Counted from the stretch's first letter, positions 17,228 to 28,117 are shown. The stretch: 64,000 nucleotides of DNA from Acidobacteriota bacterium (GCA_965209055.1 OZ242374.1:3488001-3552000), one strand, 5' to 3'. The notes: generated from the letters alone by a model not told the origin. Numbers and translations: made by a program.

Positions 17228-19756
17228 TCAGTTGGGGTAGACGAATTCATTGAGATTGAAGACCACCCGGCAGAGTTGAACCAGGCTCTTCTCCCGGGCC
17301 ACGAGCCGGTTCCGGTTCCGGGCGCTTACCTCCCAGAGGTGGGCCTCGGTCTCCTGGTTCAGGAAGTCCACCATTTCCCGGTGTTCGTCGGGAGTCGGTC
17401 CGCGGGCGAGCGCCAGGCGATACACGAGATCCACCTGCTGGGCCAGGTCAGGGCCCGCCTCCTCCAGGACTCTGCGAGCCAGGTGGAAGGCCTGCTCGTT
17501 GGCGAAGTCTCCGTTGAACAGCGTCAGGGCCTGGGGAGCGATGCTGGTCACCGGCCGCTGGGCGGAACTCCGGGTCGTGTCGCACAGGTCCAGGACCTCC
17601 AGCATGGGGATGAGCATGGAGCGCTTGATGAAGGCGTAGACGGTCCTGCGGGAGGCCTCCCGGGGATCGGACGTATACCAGATCTTGTCCGGATCCGGAT
17701 GCCCTTCCAGCGCGGCCTCGGGTATGGGCGGCACCATGCTGGGGCCGTACATCTTGCGATTGAGCTGTCCGCTGGCCGCCAGCATCGAGTCCCGGATGGC
17801 CTCTGCCTCGAGCCTTCGATAGTGGGCCCGCCAGAGGAAGCGGTTTTCCGGGTCCGCCTCGAGGTACCCGGCCACTGGCTTCTTGCCCATGCGGTACGTG
17901 TTGCTGGTCATGATCAAGGTGTGGAGCTTCTTGAAGGACCAGCCCTCTTCGATGAAACGGCTGGCCAGCCAGTCCAGAAGCTGGGGATGGCTGGGCCGGT
18001 CTCCCATACTGCCGAAGTCGCCGGCGCTGCGGACCAGTCCCTGGCCCAGGTGCTGCTGCCAGACCCGGTTGACCAGGACCCGGGCGGTCAGGGGGTTTTC
18101 CGGGCTGGCGATCCAGCGGGCCAGGGCCAGTCTCCGCCCACTGCTGTTTCCCTTGGCGGAAAACGGGGGCTGGGAGCTGACCAGGGCGGCGGGAAGAGCC
18201 GGGACAGCCACGTCGCCGGGACTGGCGGCCCGGCCTCGCATCAACACGTGGACCACCTCCGGCGGCTTCGACTCGTAGAGGTAGTAGCCGCGGTCCAGAT
18301 CGGGAACGGATCGGCGAACCCGGGCGATCTCGGCTTCCAACCCGGCGATCCGGCCCACCAGCTCGGGAGGGAGGGCCTCGGCCGTCTTGGCGATCATCTC
18401 CGTGGAGTATTGCCTGGCCAGTTCCTTCTGCTCTTCCGTTCTCTTCCTGATGTCTTCCAGCAGGGCAGCCACGGCCTTTGCGGGGAGTCCGCTTTGACCC
18501 GAGCGGAGCCGGTCGATCCGGAAGTCCTCCCGCAGCTTGTCGATCTTGGCTTCCAGCTCCTTGATGCGCTCGTCCCTCTCGGACTGCCGGGTCATTTGGG
18601 TGTGATCCCCCACCGGCAGGCTGACCTCCCGGCGTCCGGTCTGGGACCGGCGGAGGCCGTTGAAGAGGGCGACCATTCCGTAATAGTCCTGCTGGGTAAG
18701 GGGATCGAACTTGTGGTCGTGGCAGCGGGCGCAGCCCATGGTCAGTCCCAGGAAGGCCTCCGAGGTGGTTCGAACCACGTCGTCCAATTGATCGAAGCGG
18801 TCCTGGTCGAAGTCGGCCGGTTCGTCGTCCCAGGGGCCCAGCCGGTTGAAGCCCATGGCGACATGGGTCTCGGCGGTGGCGTCCTCCAGCTCGTCTCCGG
18901 CCAGTTGCTCCAGGATGAACCGGTCGTAGGGCTTGTCCTGGTTCAGGGACCGGATCACGTAATCCCGGTACTTCCAGACCTCCGGTTTGGTGGCGTCCCG
19001 CTCGTAACCGTTGGTTTCGGCGTAGCGGACCACGTCCAGCCAGTGCCGGCCCCAGCGCTCCCCGTATCCCGGGCGGTCCAGGAGTTCTTCGATCAGGCGG
19101 TCGAACGCTTCCGGGCTGGCCTTTTTCAGGAACTCGTGCTGTTCCTGCGGAGTCGGCGGAAGGCCGACGAGGTCGAGGTGCATGCGCCGCAACAGCGCTT
19201 CGTCTCCCGCCGGAGGAGATGGTTTCCAACCGCGGCCTTCCAACCTGGCCAGGACGAAGGCGTCGATGGGGTTCCGAACCCATTCCGTGTTCTTCACCAC
19301 AGGGACCGGAGGCGAGGTCGGCGGTTGAAACGACCAGTGGTCCTTCGCTTTCGCCAGCGGACTCGAATCGGCCGATTCGGCGTATTCGGCGCCGGCGTCG
19401 ATCCAGGCCCGGAGCAGGCCGATCTCTTCGGGAGTGAGCCGATCTCCGGTCTTGGGCATGAGCCGGTCAGGGTCCAGACCGGCCACGGTCTGAATCAGCA
19501 GACTCCGGGCGCTGTCGCCGGGGATGACCGAGGGGAGGCCCGAGTCGCCTCCTTTCAGAGCGTGGCCGCGTTCGTCGAGCCGCAGGCCGTTCATCTGGAC
19601 GGTCGCTCCGTGGCACGCGTAGCAACGGTCCCTGAGAATCGGCTCGACCTGCTCGGAGAAGTCCACGCCGGCAGGAGCCGGGGGAGGGAGGTCCCGGCTT
19701 CCGGCCACAGCGGCGGTGACGGAAAAGATCAGCGACACGCCGAGCCAGTGGAACAT
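17228..19756 (-). CDS. PSD1/PSCyt2 (DUF1549/DUF1553) planctomycete cytochrome c protein
   Basis: CYACH and CARCHDHKFDP haem motifs, YGERWGRHWLDVVRYAET, NPLTARVLVNRVWQ; canonical neighbour of DUF1501. Confidence 0.93.
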   Translation of the reverse strand: MFHWLGVSLIFSVTAAVAGSRDLPPPAPAGVDFSEQVEPILRDRCYACHGATVQMNGLRLDERGHALKGGDSGLPSVIPGDSARSLLIQTVAGLDPDRLMPKTGDRLTPEEIGLLRAWIDAGAEYAESADSSPLAKAKDHWSFQPPTSPPVPVVKNTEWVRNPIDAFVLARLEGRGWKPSPPAGDEALLRRMHLDLVGLPPTPQEQHEFLKKASPEAFDRLIEELLDRPGYGERWGRHWLDVVRYAETNGYERDATKPEVWKYRDYVIRSLNQDKPYDRFILEQLAGDELEDATAETHVAMGFNRLGPWDDEPADFDQDRFDQLDDVVRTTSEAFLGLTMGCARCHDHKFDPLTQQDYYGMVALFNGLRRSQTGRREVSLPVGDHTQMTRQSERDERIKELEAKIDKLREDFRIDRLRSGQSGLPAKAVAALLEDIRKRTEEQKELARQYSTEMIAKTAEALPPELVGRIAGLEAEIARVRRSVPDLDRGYYLYESKPPEVVHVLMRGRAASPGDVAVPALPAALVSSQPPFSAKGNSSGRRLALARWIASPENPLTARVLVNRVWQQHLGQGLVRSAGDFGSMGDRPSHPQLLDWLASRFIEEGWSFKKLHTLIMTSNTYRMGKKPVAGYLEADPENRFLWRAHYRRLEAEAIRDSMLAASGQLNRKMYGPSMVPPIPEAALEGHPDPDKIWYTSDPREASRRTVYAFIKRSMLIPMLEVLDLCDTTRSSAQRPVTSIAPQALTLFNGDFANEQAFHLARRVLEEAGPDLAQQVDLVYRLALARGPTPDEHREMVDFLNQETEAHLWEVSARNRNRLVAREKSLVQLCRVVFNLNEFVYPN

Positions 19757-19973
19757 GGGAAGACTTTTGCTCGATTCAGACCAGAAAATTGCTGATTTCG
19801 CAGGTATTCTAGCAGCCGCGTGTGAAGCTCGCCACGGAAACGGAGCGCCGGCAGATCCCGGCGGGTACGGTCGTTCCGAGTCCGGCGCGAACGGTTGAGC
19901 TCCGTGGCAGCATGACCGGGGACGGGCAATCCGTAGTAGACTGGAAAGGCACGAGGATCAATTCTCCGTGGCG

Positions 19974-21740
19974 ATGACGAGTTTGGATCCCACGAAACTG
20001 GAAGGCTGGCAGTTGGCTGAGGCCGCTGAGAAGGTGGCCACGCCAATCGATCAACTGGGTTCGGAACTGGGCCTTCGGCCGGACGAATTGCTTCCCGCCG
20101 GCCGGGGACTCGCCAAGGTGGATCACCGGGCGGTCATGGAAAGGCTCCGAGGCTCTGCCCGCGGGCGGTACGTCGACGTCACCGCCATCACCCCGACGCC
20201 TTTGGGAGAAGGAAAAACCACCACCACCATCGGACTGGTGCAGGGTCTGGCACGGATCGGCTGCAGAGTGGCGGGCGCCATCCGGCAGCCCAGCGGGGGG
20301 CCCACCTTCAATCTCAAGGGGTCGGGCGCCGGCGGCGGCCTCTCCCAGTGCATTCCCCTGGCCCCGCTCTCGATCCGGCTCACCGGCGACCTGGATTCCA
20401 TCACCAACGCCCACAACCTGGCCATGGTGGCCCTGACGGCCAGGATGCAGCACGAACGGAACTACGACGACCGTAAGCTGGAGTCGCTGGGGCTGAACCG
20501 TCTCGACTTGGATCCCGGCCGGGTGGAGATGAAGTGGGCCATCGATTTCTGCGCCCAGTCCCTGCGTAACATCAACATCGGGAACGGCGGCAAGATGGAC
20601 GGCTATCCCATGGAGTCGGGCTTTCAGATCACCGCCTCCAGCGAACTCATGGCGATTCTGGCCGTCTCCCGGGATCTGGCGGATCTGCGGGAGCGGATCG
20701 GCAGGATCGTCGTGGCCTGGGACCGCCGGGGCGGGGAGGTGACGGCTTCCGATCTGGAGGTGGCCGGCGCCATGACGGCGTGGATGACGGAAGCCGTCCA
20801 TCCGAACCTGCTCCAGACCATGGAAGGGCAGCCCATGCTGGTTCACGCGGGTCCCTTCGCCAACATCGCGCTGGGCCAGAGCTCCGTCATCGCCGACCGG
20901 ATGGGAACCCTGCTGACCGACTATCTGGTCACCGAGAGCGGGTTCGGATCCGACATCGGATACGAGAAGTTCTGGAACCTCAAATGCCGGTACTCCGGGC
21001 TCCGGCCCGATGCGGTGGTGATCGTGGCCACGATTCGGGCTCTCAAGAGCCACGGGGGCGGGCCGCGGGTTCGCCCGGGCCAGCCGTTGGACCCCGCCTA
21101 CACCGAGGAGAACCTGGAACTGGTGGAAGAGGGATGCTCCAATTTGCTGGCCCACATCGACATCGTTCGGAAGAGCGGAATCGAACCGGTGGTCTGCGTC
21201 AATCGGATCGTCACCGATTCCGACGAGGAGATCGCCTTGGTGAAGCGGGTCGCCGAAGAGGCCGGGGCTCCCTTCGCCATGTCCGACCACTGGCTCAAGG
21301 GAGGCGAGGGAGCCGTGGAGTTGGCCGAGGCGGTGGTGGAAGCCTGCGAGCAGAAGCGCGATTTCCGGTTTCTCTACGACATGGAGAGCCGGCTCGAAGC
21401 ACGGATCGAGTGCATCGCCACCCAGGTCTACGGGGCCGGAAGCGTGAGCTACTCGCCGGAGGCCCGGCGCAAGCTGGAGCGGCTGGACAGCGATCCCCGG
21501 AACCGCTCACTGGGGCTCTGCATGGCCAAGTCCAATCTGAGTCTCTCCCACGATCCACAGTTGAAAGGCCGGCCGCGCGGTTGGGAGCTCCCGGTTCGGG
21601 ACATCCTGCTCTACCGGGGCGCCGGACTGGCGGTCCCGGTGGCAGGGGGAATCCATCTCTTGCCCGGAACCGGTTCCCGGCCCGCCTACCGCGGGATCGA
21701 CGTCGATCCGCAGACGGGCCGGATCCAGGGGCTGTTCTGA
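19974..21740 (+). CDS. fhs: formate--tetrahydrofolate ligase
   Basis: VTAITPTPLGEGKTTTTIGL, RQPSGGPTF, HAGPFANIA, TESGFGSDIGYEKF. Confidence 0.96.
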   Translation: MTSLDPTKLEGWQLAEAAEKVATPIDQLGSELGLRPDELLPAGRGLAKVDHRAVMERLRGSARGRYVDVTAITPTPLGEGKTTTTIGLVQGLARIGCRVAGAIRQPSGGPTFNLKGSGAGGGLSQCIPLAPLSIRLTGDLDSITNAHNLAMVALTARMQHERNYDDRKLESLGLNRLDLDPGRVEMKWAIDFCAQSLRNINIGNGGKMDGYPMESGFQITASSELMAILAVSRDLADLRERIGRIVVAWDRRGGEVTASDLEVAGAMTAWMTEAVHPNLLQTMEGQPMLVHAGPFANIALGQSSVIADRMGTLLTDYLVTESGFGSDIGYEKFWNLKCRYSGLRPDAVVIVATIRALKSHGGGPRVRPGQPLDPAYTEENLELVEEGCSNLLAHIDIVRKSGIEPVVCVNRIVTDSDEEIALVKRVAEEAGAPFAMSDHWLKGGEGAVELAEAVVEACEQKRDFRFLYDMESRLEARIECIATQVYGAGSVSYSPEARRKLERLDSDPRNRSLGLCMAKSNLSLSHDPQLKGRPRGWELPVRDILLYRGAGLAVPVAGGIHLLPGTGSRPAYRGIDVDPQTGRIQGLF

Positions 21741-21745
21741 CCGGG

Positions 21746-22546
21746 ATGCCAGGGTCCGATCGATTCAGCCTCCAGGGCGAGGTCGCCGTTGTCACCGGAG
21801 CCGGATCGGGCCTGGGAGAGGATCTCGCCGTGGCCCTGGCCGAAGCCGGCGCCGACGTGGTCGTCGGGGACCGGGACGGTGCCCTGGCCGAAGCCGCAGC
21901 CCGCCGCATTCGCCGGCGGGGACGGGACGGGTTGGGAGTGGCGGCGGACGTCTCCCGTCCCGACGACGTCGACCGCATGATGGCGGCCGCGGAGGAGCGT
22001 TTCGGGCGCCTCGACATCCTGGTGAACAACGCCGGGATTTCCATTCACGCCCCCACCCTCGACGCCACCCTGGAGGTCTGGCAGAGGGTCTTCGACGTCA
22101 ACGCAACCGGGACTTTTCTCTGTTCCCAGCGAGCCGGCCGGATCATGGCGCCCCAGGGGGGCGGTTGCATCATCAACATCGCCTCGGTCTACGGGCACGT
22201 GGGAGTGGATCCATCGGTCTCCCACCCGCCGGGCAAGCCGACGCGCGAAGATCTGGCCTATTCGGCCAGCAAGGGAGCCGTGATCAGCATGACCCGGGCG
22301 CTGGCCACCTATTGGGCGGACTACAAGATCCGGGTCAACGCCATCAGCCCCGGGATGATCCGGACCGAACGGCTGAAAACGGCCGTTCCCAAGGACACCT
22401 GGTCCAGAATGATCCAGCGCACCCCATTGAAACGCCCGGGGACGGGGGAGGACCTGCAAGGGGCCGTCATCTACCTGGCGTCAGACGCGGCTTCGTTCGT
22501 CACCGGTCAGGTCCTGTGCGTGGACGGAGGCTGGCTGGCCTGGTAG
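21746..22546 (+). CDS. SDR family oxidoreductase
   Basis: TGAGSGLG, NNAG, YSASK, RVNAISPG, VDGGW. Confidence 0.93.
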   Translation: MPGSDRFSLQGEVAVVTGAGSGLGEDLAVALAEAGADVVVGDRDGALAEAAARRIRRRGRDGLGVAADVSRPDDVDRMMAAAEERFGRLDILVNNAGISIHAPTLDATLEVWQRVFDVNATGTFLCSQRAGRIMAPQGGGCIINIASVYGHVGVDPSVSHPPGKPTREDLAYSASKGAVISMTRALATYWADYKIRVNAISPGMIRTERLKTAVPKDTWSRMIQRTPLKRPGTGEDLQGAVIYLASDAASFVTGQVLCVDGGWLAW

Positions 22547-22625
22547 AGATTCATGCCACGGCGCCCCCGATTGGCGCCGCTGAGCTTTTGGCGAACGAGA
22601 CGACTACGGACGGGAGAACGAAAAA

Positions 22626-23006
22626 ATGAACAAAGACAGGTCCAAGGCATGCAAACCGGTTCGTTTCGTGGATCTGGCGAACATCGCTGAAAACCAGGAG
22701 ACGCTGGACCACAAGTCCTTCAACGACGCCTTCGGGCTCCCCGGCCATCTTCGGATGTCGGTGGGCCGACTGGCCCCCGGTGGGAGCGTGGAGCACCACC
22801 GGCACTTCACCATGGAGGAGGTCTACTACCTGATGAAGGGCCGCGCCATGGTGAGAGTCGATGACGATGAGTACGAGGTGGAGGAGAACACGGCCATCTA
22901 CTTTCCTCCCGAACCCATGCGGTCGGTCTACAATCACACCGACGAGGACTGCTGGTGGCTCTTCGTCGGGGCCCCACCCGACGTGAAGCCGCAAGATCAG
23001 AAGTAA
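22626..23006 (+). CDS. cupin domain protein
   Basis: LAPGG...HHRH..EEVYYLMKG...YFPP. Confidence 0.85.
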   Translation: MNKDRSKACKPVRFVDLANIAENQETLDHKSFNDAFGLPGHLRMSVGRLAPGGSVEHHRHFTMEEVYYLMKGRAMVRVDDDEYEVEENTAIYFPPEPMRSVYNHTDEDCWWLFVGAPPDVKPQDQK

Positions 23007-23051
23007 CGACGCTCCGGCCACGCCGCCGCCGGATTCCGAATTGGAGGAGTC

Positions 23052-24668
23052 ATGGTTTTGAAACACCGGGTCCACCTGTATCTCTTCATTCCGCTGGTCC
23101 TTTGCCTGGCCGCTGGTTGTTCCGGCAGCGGACCGGGCACGCTCGAGCCGGACGGATTCCGTTTCGAGACGGTTCCGGGAGTGGTCCGCGGCGAGGCACC
23201 GCTCCTGGCCATCGACGACCACCTGTTGCCGCTGTGGCGGAACGTCTCCCTCTACTATTCCAAGCCGGAGGTGAGGCTGGAGCCGGTATTGACCCCCAGC
23301 CGCGACGATCCCGACAAGCCGGATTACATCGGGACCCATTTCTACGGGACGGTCCTCTTCGACGAGGGCAAGTACCGCATGTGGTACTACGCCCTGGGGA
23401 CGGGAGAGACCGAATCGGGGTTCACCGTGGGCCCGGTCGCCTACGCCGAGAGCGACGACGGGATCCACTGGGTGAAGCCGAACCTGGGACAGGTGGAATA
23501 CAAGGGGAGCCGCGAGAACAACCTTCTGGATCTGCCCGGGGAGCGGATGTACGGCGGTCACGTCCTCAAGGATGAGGAGGAGCCGGATCCGGAGCGCCGC
23601 TACAAGATGGTTTACAACCTCCACAACGGCACGACGTGGGTCTTCCGGACGGCCACAAGCCCCGACGGAACTCACTGGAAGGTCAAGGACCGGGATGCCG
23701 TCGACAAGTTCATCGAGATCGCGGGGGTCTACAAGCACAACAATTTCTATGCGGTCCACGGCCAGGCCGTCGGGCACAGCGAAGGGGGCCATGCCCATGG
23801 GCGCCAGGGTTACGCCGCCGTCTCGGCCAATTTCGACGACTGGGTATCGGGGTACGCCCCGGCGTTTCTGATCCGGGAGCCGGAGGACCCCGCCCAACGA
23901 GGCGGACGCAAGCCCTACGATCAGGTGCATCTGGGCATCGGAGCCCGCAGCTACGGCAGCGTCCTGGTGGGCCTGTTCGGGCTCTGGCACAACTTCCCGG
24001 GAGACACGACCCGGAACGTCCCGGCGGCCTGGTTCGGGCATGGCAAGATCTCGGCCGACTTCGGCCTGGTGGTCAGCAACGACGGGATCCATTTCCGCGA
24101 GCCGGTGAAGGGGCACGTCTACCTGCATCGGGACGATTCGCCGGTGACCAACGATCCGGGAAAAAGCTACCCCACCATCCTCTGCCAGTCGGGCAACGGC
24201 ATCCTCAACGTCGGCGACAAGACCCTCATCTACCACGGACGCTGGCGCAATGCCGAGTACGGCGAGGAGTACTACGCGGAGGTGGCGCTGGCCACGCTGC
24301 CCCGGGACCGCTGGGGCGCCCTGGGGCTCTATCCGGAAGGCTCGACGAGGCTGGACGAGCCCAAGGGCTGGGTCTGGTCCGCTCCGGTGACTCTGCCAAC
24401 GGGTGGTTTCGAAGTGGTCCTCAACGCCGACCACGCCCGGCTCATGAAGGTGGAGATCTCCGACGCCGCATTCCATCTGCTGCCCGGTTATTCGGGGGAG
24501 TCGAGCGGCGTTCCCCAGGGAGAGGGAGGACTCGACGTTCCCGTCCAATGGCCCGGAGGAGACCTGGCCGCCCTGGCGGGTCAGACGGTGCGCCTGCGGA
24601 TCCACATGGAGCGAGACGCGGACGCCGATCCCCGGCTCTACGTGGTCTACCTGAGGCAACTCGACTGA
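23052..24668 (+). CDS. lipoprotein, five-bladed beta-propeller (GH32/43-like) + C-terminal beta domain
   Basis: LAAGC lipobox; YRMWY, YAESDDGIHWVKPNLG, LNAD, LPGYS. Confidence 0.75.
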   Translation: MVLKHRVHLYLFIPLVLCLAAGCSGSGPGTLEPDGFRFETVPGVVRGEAPLLAIDDHLLPLWRNVSLYYSKPEVRLEPVLTPSRDDPDKPDYIGTHFYGTVLFDEGKYRMWYYALGTGETESGFTVGPVAYAESDDGIHWVKPNLGQVEYKGSRENNLLDLPGERMYGGHVLKDEEEPDPERRYKMVYNLHNGTTWVFRTATSPDGTHWKVKDRDAVDKFIEIAGVYKHNNFYAVHGQAVGHSEGGHAHGRQGYAAVSANFDDWVSGYAPAFLIREPEDPAQRGGRKPYDQVHLGIGARSYGSVLVGLFGLWHNFPGDTTRNVPAAWFGHGKISADFGLVVSNDGIHFREPVKGHVYLHRDDSPVTNDPGKSYPTILCQSGNGILNVGDKTLIYHGRWRNAEYGEEYYAEVALATLPRDRWGALGLYPEGSTRLDEPKGWVWSAPVTLPTGGFEVVLNADHARLMKVEISDAAFHLLPGYSGESSGVPQGEGGLDVPVQWPGGDLAALAGQTVRLRIHMERDADADPRLYVVYLRQLD

Positions 24669-24690
24669 ATGCGAGACGGCCGGAACCGGA

Positions 24691-27600
24691 TCAGAACGAA
24701 TACTTGAGCGCCACCTGGACCTGCCGGGCCGGCGAGGCTTCGCCCAGTGCGCCGAAGTCGGCCGTGCCGAACTGGTTGACCCGGGCCTTCCGCCGCAAGA
24801 CGAAGTTGGCGCGGTTGGCGGCGTTGAACATCTGCAGGCGCAATTCCAGATTCTGGCCTTCGCTCAGGCGGAACGTGCGCCGGAGCGAGAGGTCCACGTT
24901 GGCCAGGCCGGGTCCCTCCACGGTGGTCCGGCCCGCGTTGCCATAGCGGAAGCCGTCGGGACGCACAAAGGCCTCCGTGTCGAACCACCGGCTCGGCGTG
25001 CGCTGGTCCGGGGCCAGGTTCGGATTCCCGATCCGGTCCGGCCACTGGGAGAACTCGGATCCCACATCCAAGGAATCGCCCGGGAGATAGACGGTGAACC
25101 AGGGACCGTCCTGGAAACTGGAAATGACCTGCATGGACCACCCGCCCAGAACCGCACCCAGAGGCCCGGTCTGGAGGTAGGGCTTGCCCCGGCCGAAGGG
25201 GGGTTCGTAACTCGTTGTAATGACCAGCCGGCGCCGGAGGTGGAGTTCCGAGAGTCCGCGGTTGTGGTGCAGCGGCAGGTTCCGGCTCCTGAAATAGCGC
25301 CGTTCGTACGATCCTTCCCAGCCCCCGCCGTTGTTGATCTGGCTGGACCAGGTGAAGGAGCCGCTCAGGTGCAGTCCCTCCGCTCCGGGCCGCCTCTCCA
25401 AACGAAACTGCATGCCATGGTACCTGGAGTCGGCGTCGGCCATGGGGATGTGGACAGCCTGCAGCCCGGGGAAGGGGCGGCGGGCCTGCCGGTCGCCGGT
25501 TCCCGGCCGAGCATCGTTGAGAGACACGGTATCCAACTGGTTCGCCGTATGGGAGCCCAGATATCCCGCCTCCAGCATCAGGAGAGGGGAGAACTTCTGC
25601 TGCAGCGAGAGGCCCCAGACGTGGGTCGAGGAGAGCGGGAGCGGACTCTCCACTCCGAAAATGGTGGGTACGGCCGACCGGGACAAGGCCGCCGGAAAGG
25701 GGTCGGACAGGCTCAGGACGGGAGTCTCCAGGGGAGCGTTGAAGGTGGAGCGGATGGCGCCCTCCCGCGGAGTCCGGGTCAGCCGGTAGAGCATCCCGGT
25801 GTCCAACTCGTTGGCATAGATGCCGTATCCAGCCCGCACCACGGAGTTGGTTCCCACCCTCCAGGCCAGTCCGGAGCGGGGCAGGAAACCCTCGCTCCAT
25901 CTCCAGCTCACCAGGGGAATCCCGGCCGGATAGCGGCCCGTTTCACCCGGCTTCAGGTCGAGGTCCACGGGCGGCGCCGCAATGGCGCCCCGATGGGGAT
26001 CGAAATTGGATACGAAGCCCCGCTTGTCCTTCCAGGGGAATCTCCCCTCGTAGCGCAGCCCCAGGGTCAGGGTCAGCGTCGGGCTCAGCTTCCAGTCGTC
26101 CTGGAGGAACAGGTAAAGGCTGTTCTGGTGCAGGTTGGCCCGGTAGGACTCGCCCCCCAGAGACGTTCGGGCCGGATAGCCGAGAAGGAAGTCTCCCAGC
26201 GCGTGTCCGGTATAGCGGTCGAAGAAGTAGAACCGGGAGCGGGCCTCCATGTTGATGAACATGTAGTGTTGGCGCAACTCGGCCCCGGTCTTCAGCGAGT
26301 GGTCGCCCCGCTGGAAAGAAATCTGTTCCTTGATCTGCCAGTTCCCGGTGATGGAGTCGCCCTGAAGCTGGATGTCACCGAGATTGGTGTAGCCCTGGAC
26401 CTCCACGATGGGAATTCCCATTCGATCCACGACGTTGTCTTGGAGCTGGCGGATCCCCAGCGCCGCCGAGGCCTCCGGTTTGGGATTGGAAGGCGCCGCG
26501 TAGTAGGGCCTGCGTGTCCAGTGGATGCTGGCCACGTTGGTGAGGCCGCTCGCCAGGGTCCTCGTGTTGGTGATGCTCTGTCCGTAGGCGCGGAGAGGCT
26601 GGATGGCGGAAAATGCAGAGATCGCGCGCACGGTGACGTAGGGTCCTGAATTCCAGACGAAGCGCCCCGACCAGCGGCTCTGTTCCGAATCCTTGAAATC
26701 GATCCGCGTAATGAACTGCGGGTTGTCATACGGGGCGAAGGAGTCGGGGCTGGTGAAATTGAGCGCGCGCGGCGTGTTTGGCCGGGGAAAGAAGGCCAAC
26801 AGCCGGGTCGCCACCGGATTGATCCTTTCCGGAGGAATGGCGTTGTTGGGGAAGAGGTTTCCGGTAGCCGGATCCCTCAACGGCCTGGAGAAACGGCCCT
26901 CCCTCTGTTCGAGGGTGGGGACGACTCCGGTCAGCGGCCGAATCTCCCGGATCGACTCGAGCTGGTACGAGACGAAGAACCAAGCCCGGTCCCGCCCGTC
27001 CATCAGGTGGGGAATCCGGATCGGCCCCCCCAGGGTGGCGCCCACCTGATTGCGCTTGTACTCCTGCTTCTCGTGCTCGAAGAAGTTGCGGGCGTCCAGG
27101 TTGTCGTTGCGGTGAAACCAGAACAGGTTGCCGTGATAGTCGTTGCCGCCGCTGCGGGTGACCGCCACGATCTGTCCGCCGGGGCGGATTCCGTACTCGG
27201 CCCCGTAGAGGCCCGTCTTGACCTCGAACTCCTGCAGGGCGTCGGTGCTGGGCTTGAAGTTGGAAAAACGGGGAAACAGAGACCCGTCCACGTAGGTGAC
27301 ATTGTCCCGTTGCCGCATGCCCTGGACCCGGATGTTCCCCATGGCGCTCCCGGTGGTGCTGGTGCTGCTGGCCGGCGCGGTCCCTGGAGCCAGGGTTGCC
27401 AACTTGGTGAAGTCGCGATCGTTCAGGGGCATGTCTTCCAGCTTCTTGCGGCCGATGACCTCTCCCAACTCCGCGTTTTCCGACTCCAACTGGAGAGCCT
27501 GCGCCAAGGTTCGGCGGACTTCCGCCGAGTCCCCGGACAACAGATGGAAGTCCTGGCGAACCGTCTGCCCTATCTGGAGCAGGACTCCGGTGCGAACCTC

Positions 27601-27882
27601 CGTCTGGTAGCCGGCCAAACTCACGTGGATCTCGTATTCGCCGACGGGGACCCCGTCCAGACGGTAGTTGCCGTTCGCCGCGCTCAAGGCCACGAAGACC
27701 TCGTTGGTCTGGATCCGGGTCAGGGTCAGCTCCGCGCCGCTCAGAATTTCGTTCTGACCGTCCCGGACGGTTCCCAGAAGTGTCCCCGTGCCGGTTTGTG
27801 CCATGGGGAGAGTTCCGGTCAGGAACAGGAGTCCCACAGCCAGTACCAGAATGGAGAAAAGAGAGCGCGGCGGCGTGTGCAT
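24691..27882 (-). CDS. TonB-dependent receptor with carboxypeptidase-regulatory-like N-domain (Acidobacteria type)
   Basis: GTLLGTVRD, LPLNxR-like MPLNDRDF, RNDNLDARNFF, QDDWK, C-terminal RQVQVALKYSF. Confidence 0.9.
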   Translation of the reverse strand: MHTPPRSLFSILVLAVGLLFLTGTLPMAQTGTGTLLGTVRDGQNEILSGAELTLTRIQTNEVFVALSAANGNYRLDGVPVGEYEIHVSLAGYQTEVRTGVLLQIGQTVRQDFHLLSGDSAEVRRTLAQALQLESENAELGEVIGRKKLEDMPLNDRDFTKLATLAPGTAPASSTSTTGSAMGNIRVQGMRQRDNVTYVDGSLFPRFSNFKPSTDALQEFEVKTGLYGAEYGIRPGGQIVAVTRSGGNDYHGNLFWFHRNDNLDARNFFEHEKQEYKRNQVGATLGGPIRIPHLMDGRDRAWFFVSYQLESIREIRPLTGVVPTLEQREGRFSRPLRDPATGNLFPNNAIPPERINPVATRLLAFFPRPNTPRALNFTSPDSFAPYDNPQFITRIDFKDSEQSRWSGRFVWNSGPYVTVRAISAFSAIQPLRAYGQSITNTRTLASGLTNVASIHWTRRPYYAAPSNPKPEASAALGIRQLQDNVVDRMGIPIVEVQGYTNLGDIQLQGDSITGNWQIKEQISFQRGDHSLKTGAELRQHYMFINMEARSRFYFFDRYTGHALGDFLLGYPARTSLGGESYRANLHQNSLYLFLQDDWKLSPTLTLTLGLRYEGRFPWKDKRGFVSNFDPHRGAIAAPPVDLDLKPGETGRYPAGIPLVSWRWSEGFLPRSGLAWRVGTNSVVRAGYGIYANELDTGMLYRLTRTPREGAIRSTFNAPLETPVLSLSDPFPAALSRSAVPTIFGVESPLPLSSTHVWGLSLQQKFSPLLMLEAGYLGSHTANQLDTVSLNDARPGTGDRQARRPFPGLQAVHIPMADADSRYHGMQFRLERRPGAEGLHLSGSFTWSSQINNGGGWEGSYERRYFRSRNLPLHHNRGLSELHLRRRLVITTSYEPPFGRGKPYLQTGPLGAVLGGWSMQVISSFQDGPWFTVYLPGDSLDVGSEFSQWPDRIGNPNLAPDQRTPSRWFDTEAFVRPDGFRYGNAGRTTVEGPGLANVDLSLRRTFRLSEGQNLELRLQMFNAANRANFVLRRKARVNQFGTADFGALGEASPARQVQVALKYSF

Positions 27883-27936
27883 CGTCGGTGCCCAGTGGGG
27901 TTCAGAATAGCACGAAACCCCCGGCGCCACGGTCTG

Positions 27937-27960
27937 GGGGCGGCGGTTTCCAACCGCCGA
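27937..27960 (+). repeat. REP-like palindrome, copy 1
   Basis: GGGGCGGCGGTTTCCAACCGCCGA; related copies at 30353 and 42034. Confidence 0.6.
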
Positions 27961-28117
27961 AATCCTGATGGAGCGCGGAAGCAAGAGATCCTGGGGGAGA
28001 TTGGGGCACAGGCGTCTGGAAGTCACCCCTCGCGATTGGACAAAGCAGAGCCCCAAAAAGGGATGTCCCTTGGAATAAACAAAGTCAGATCGTTGCTTGG
28101 CCGGTACAATGTCTCCC

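Noticed and set aside
19757-19973. ZTP or THF riboswitch upstream of fhs
   Set aside because: Consensus elements not found by eye; only a generic hairpin is kept as a low-interest finding
20780-21745. Apparent 588-aa fusion upstream of the SDR
   Set aside because: Extension overlaps fhs in another frame; the SDR starts at ATG 21746
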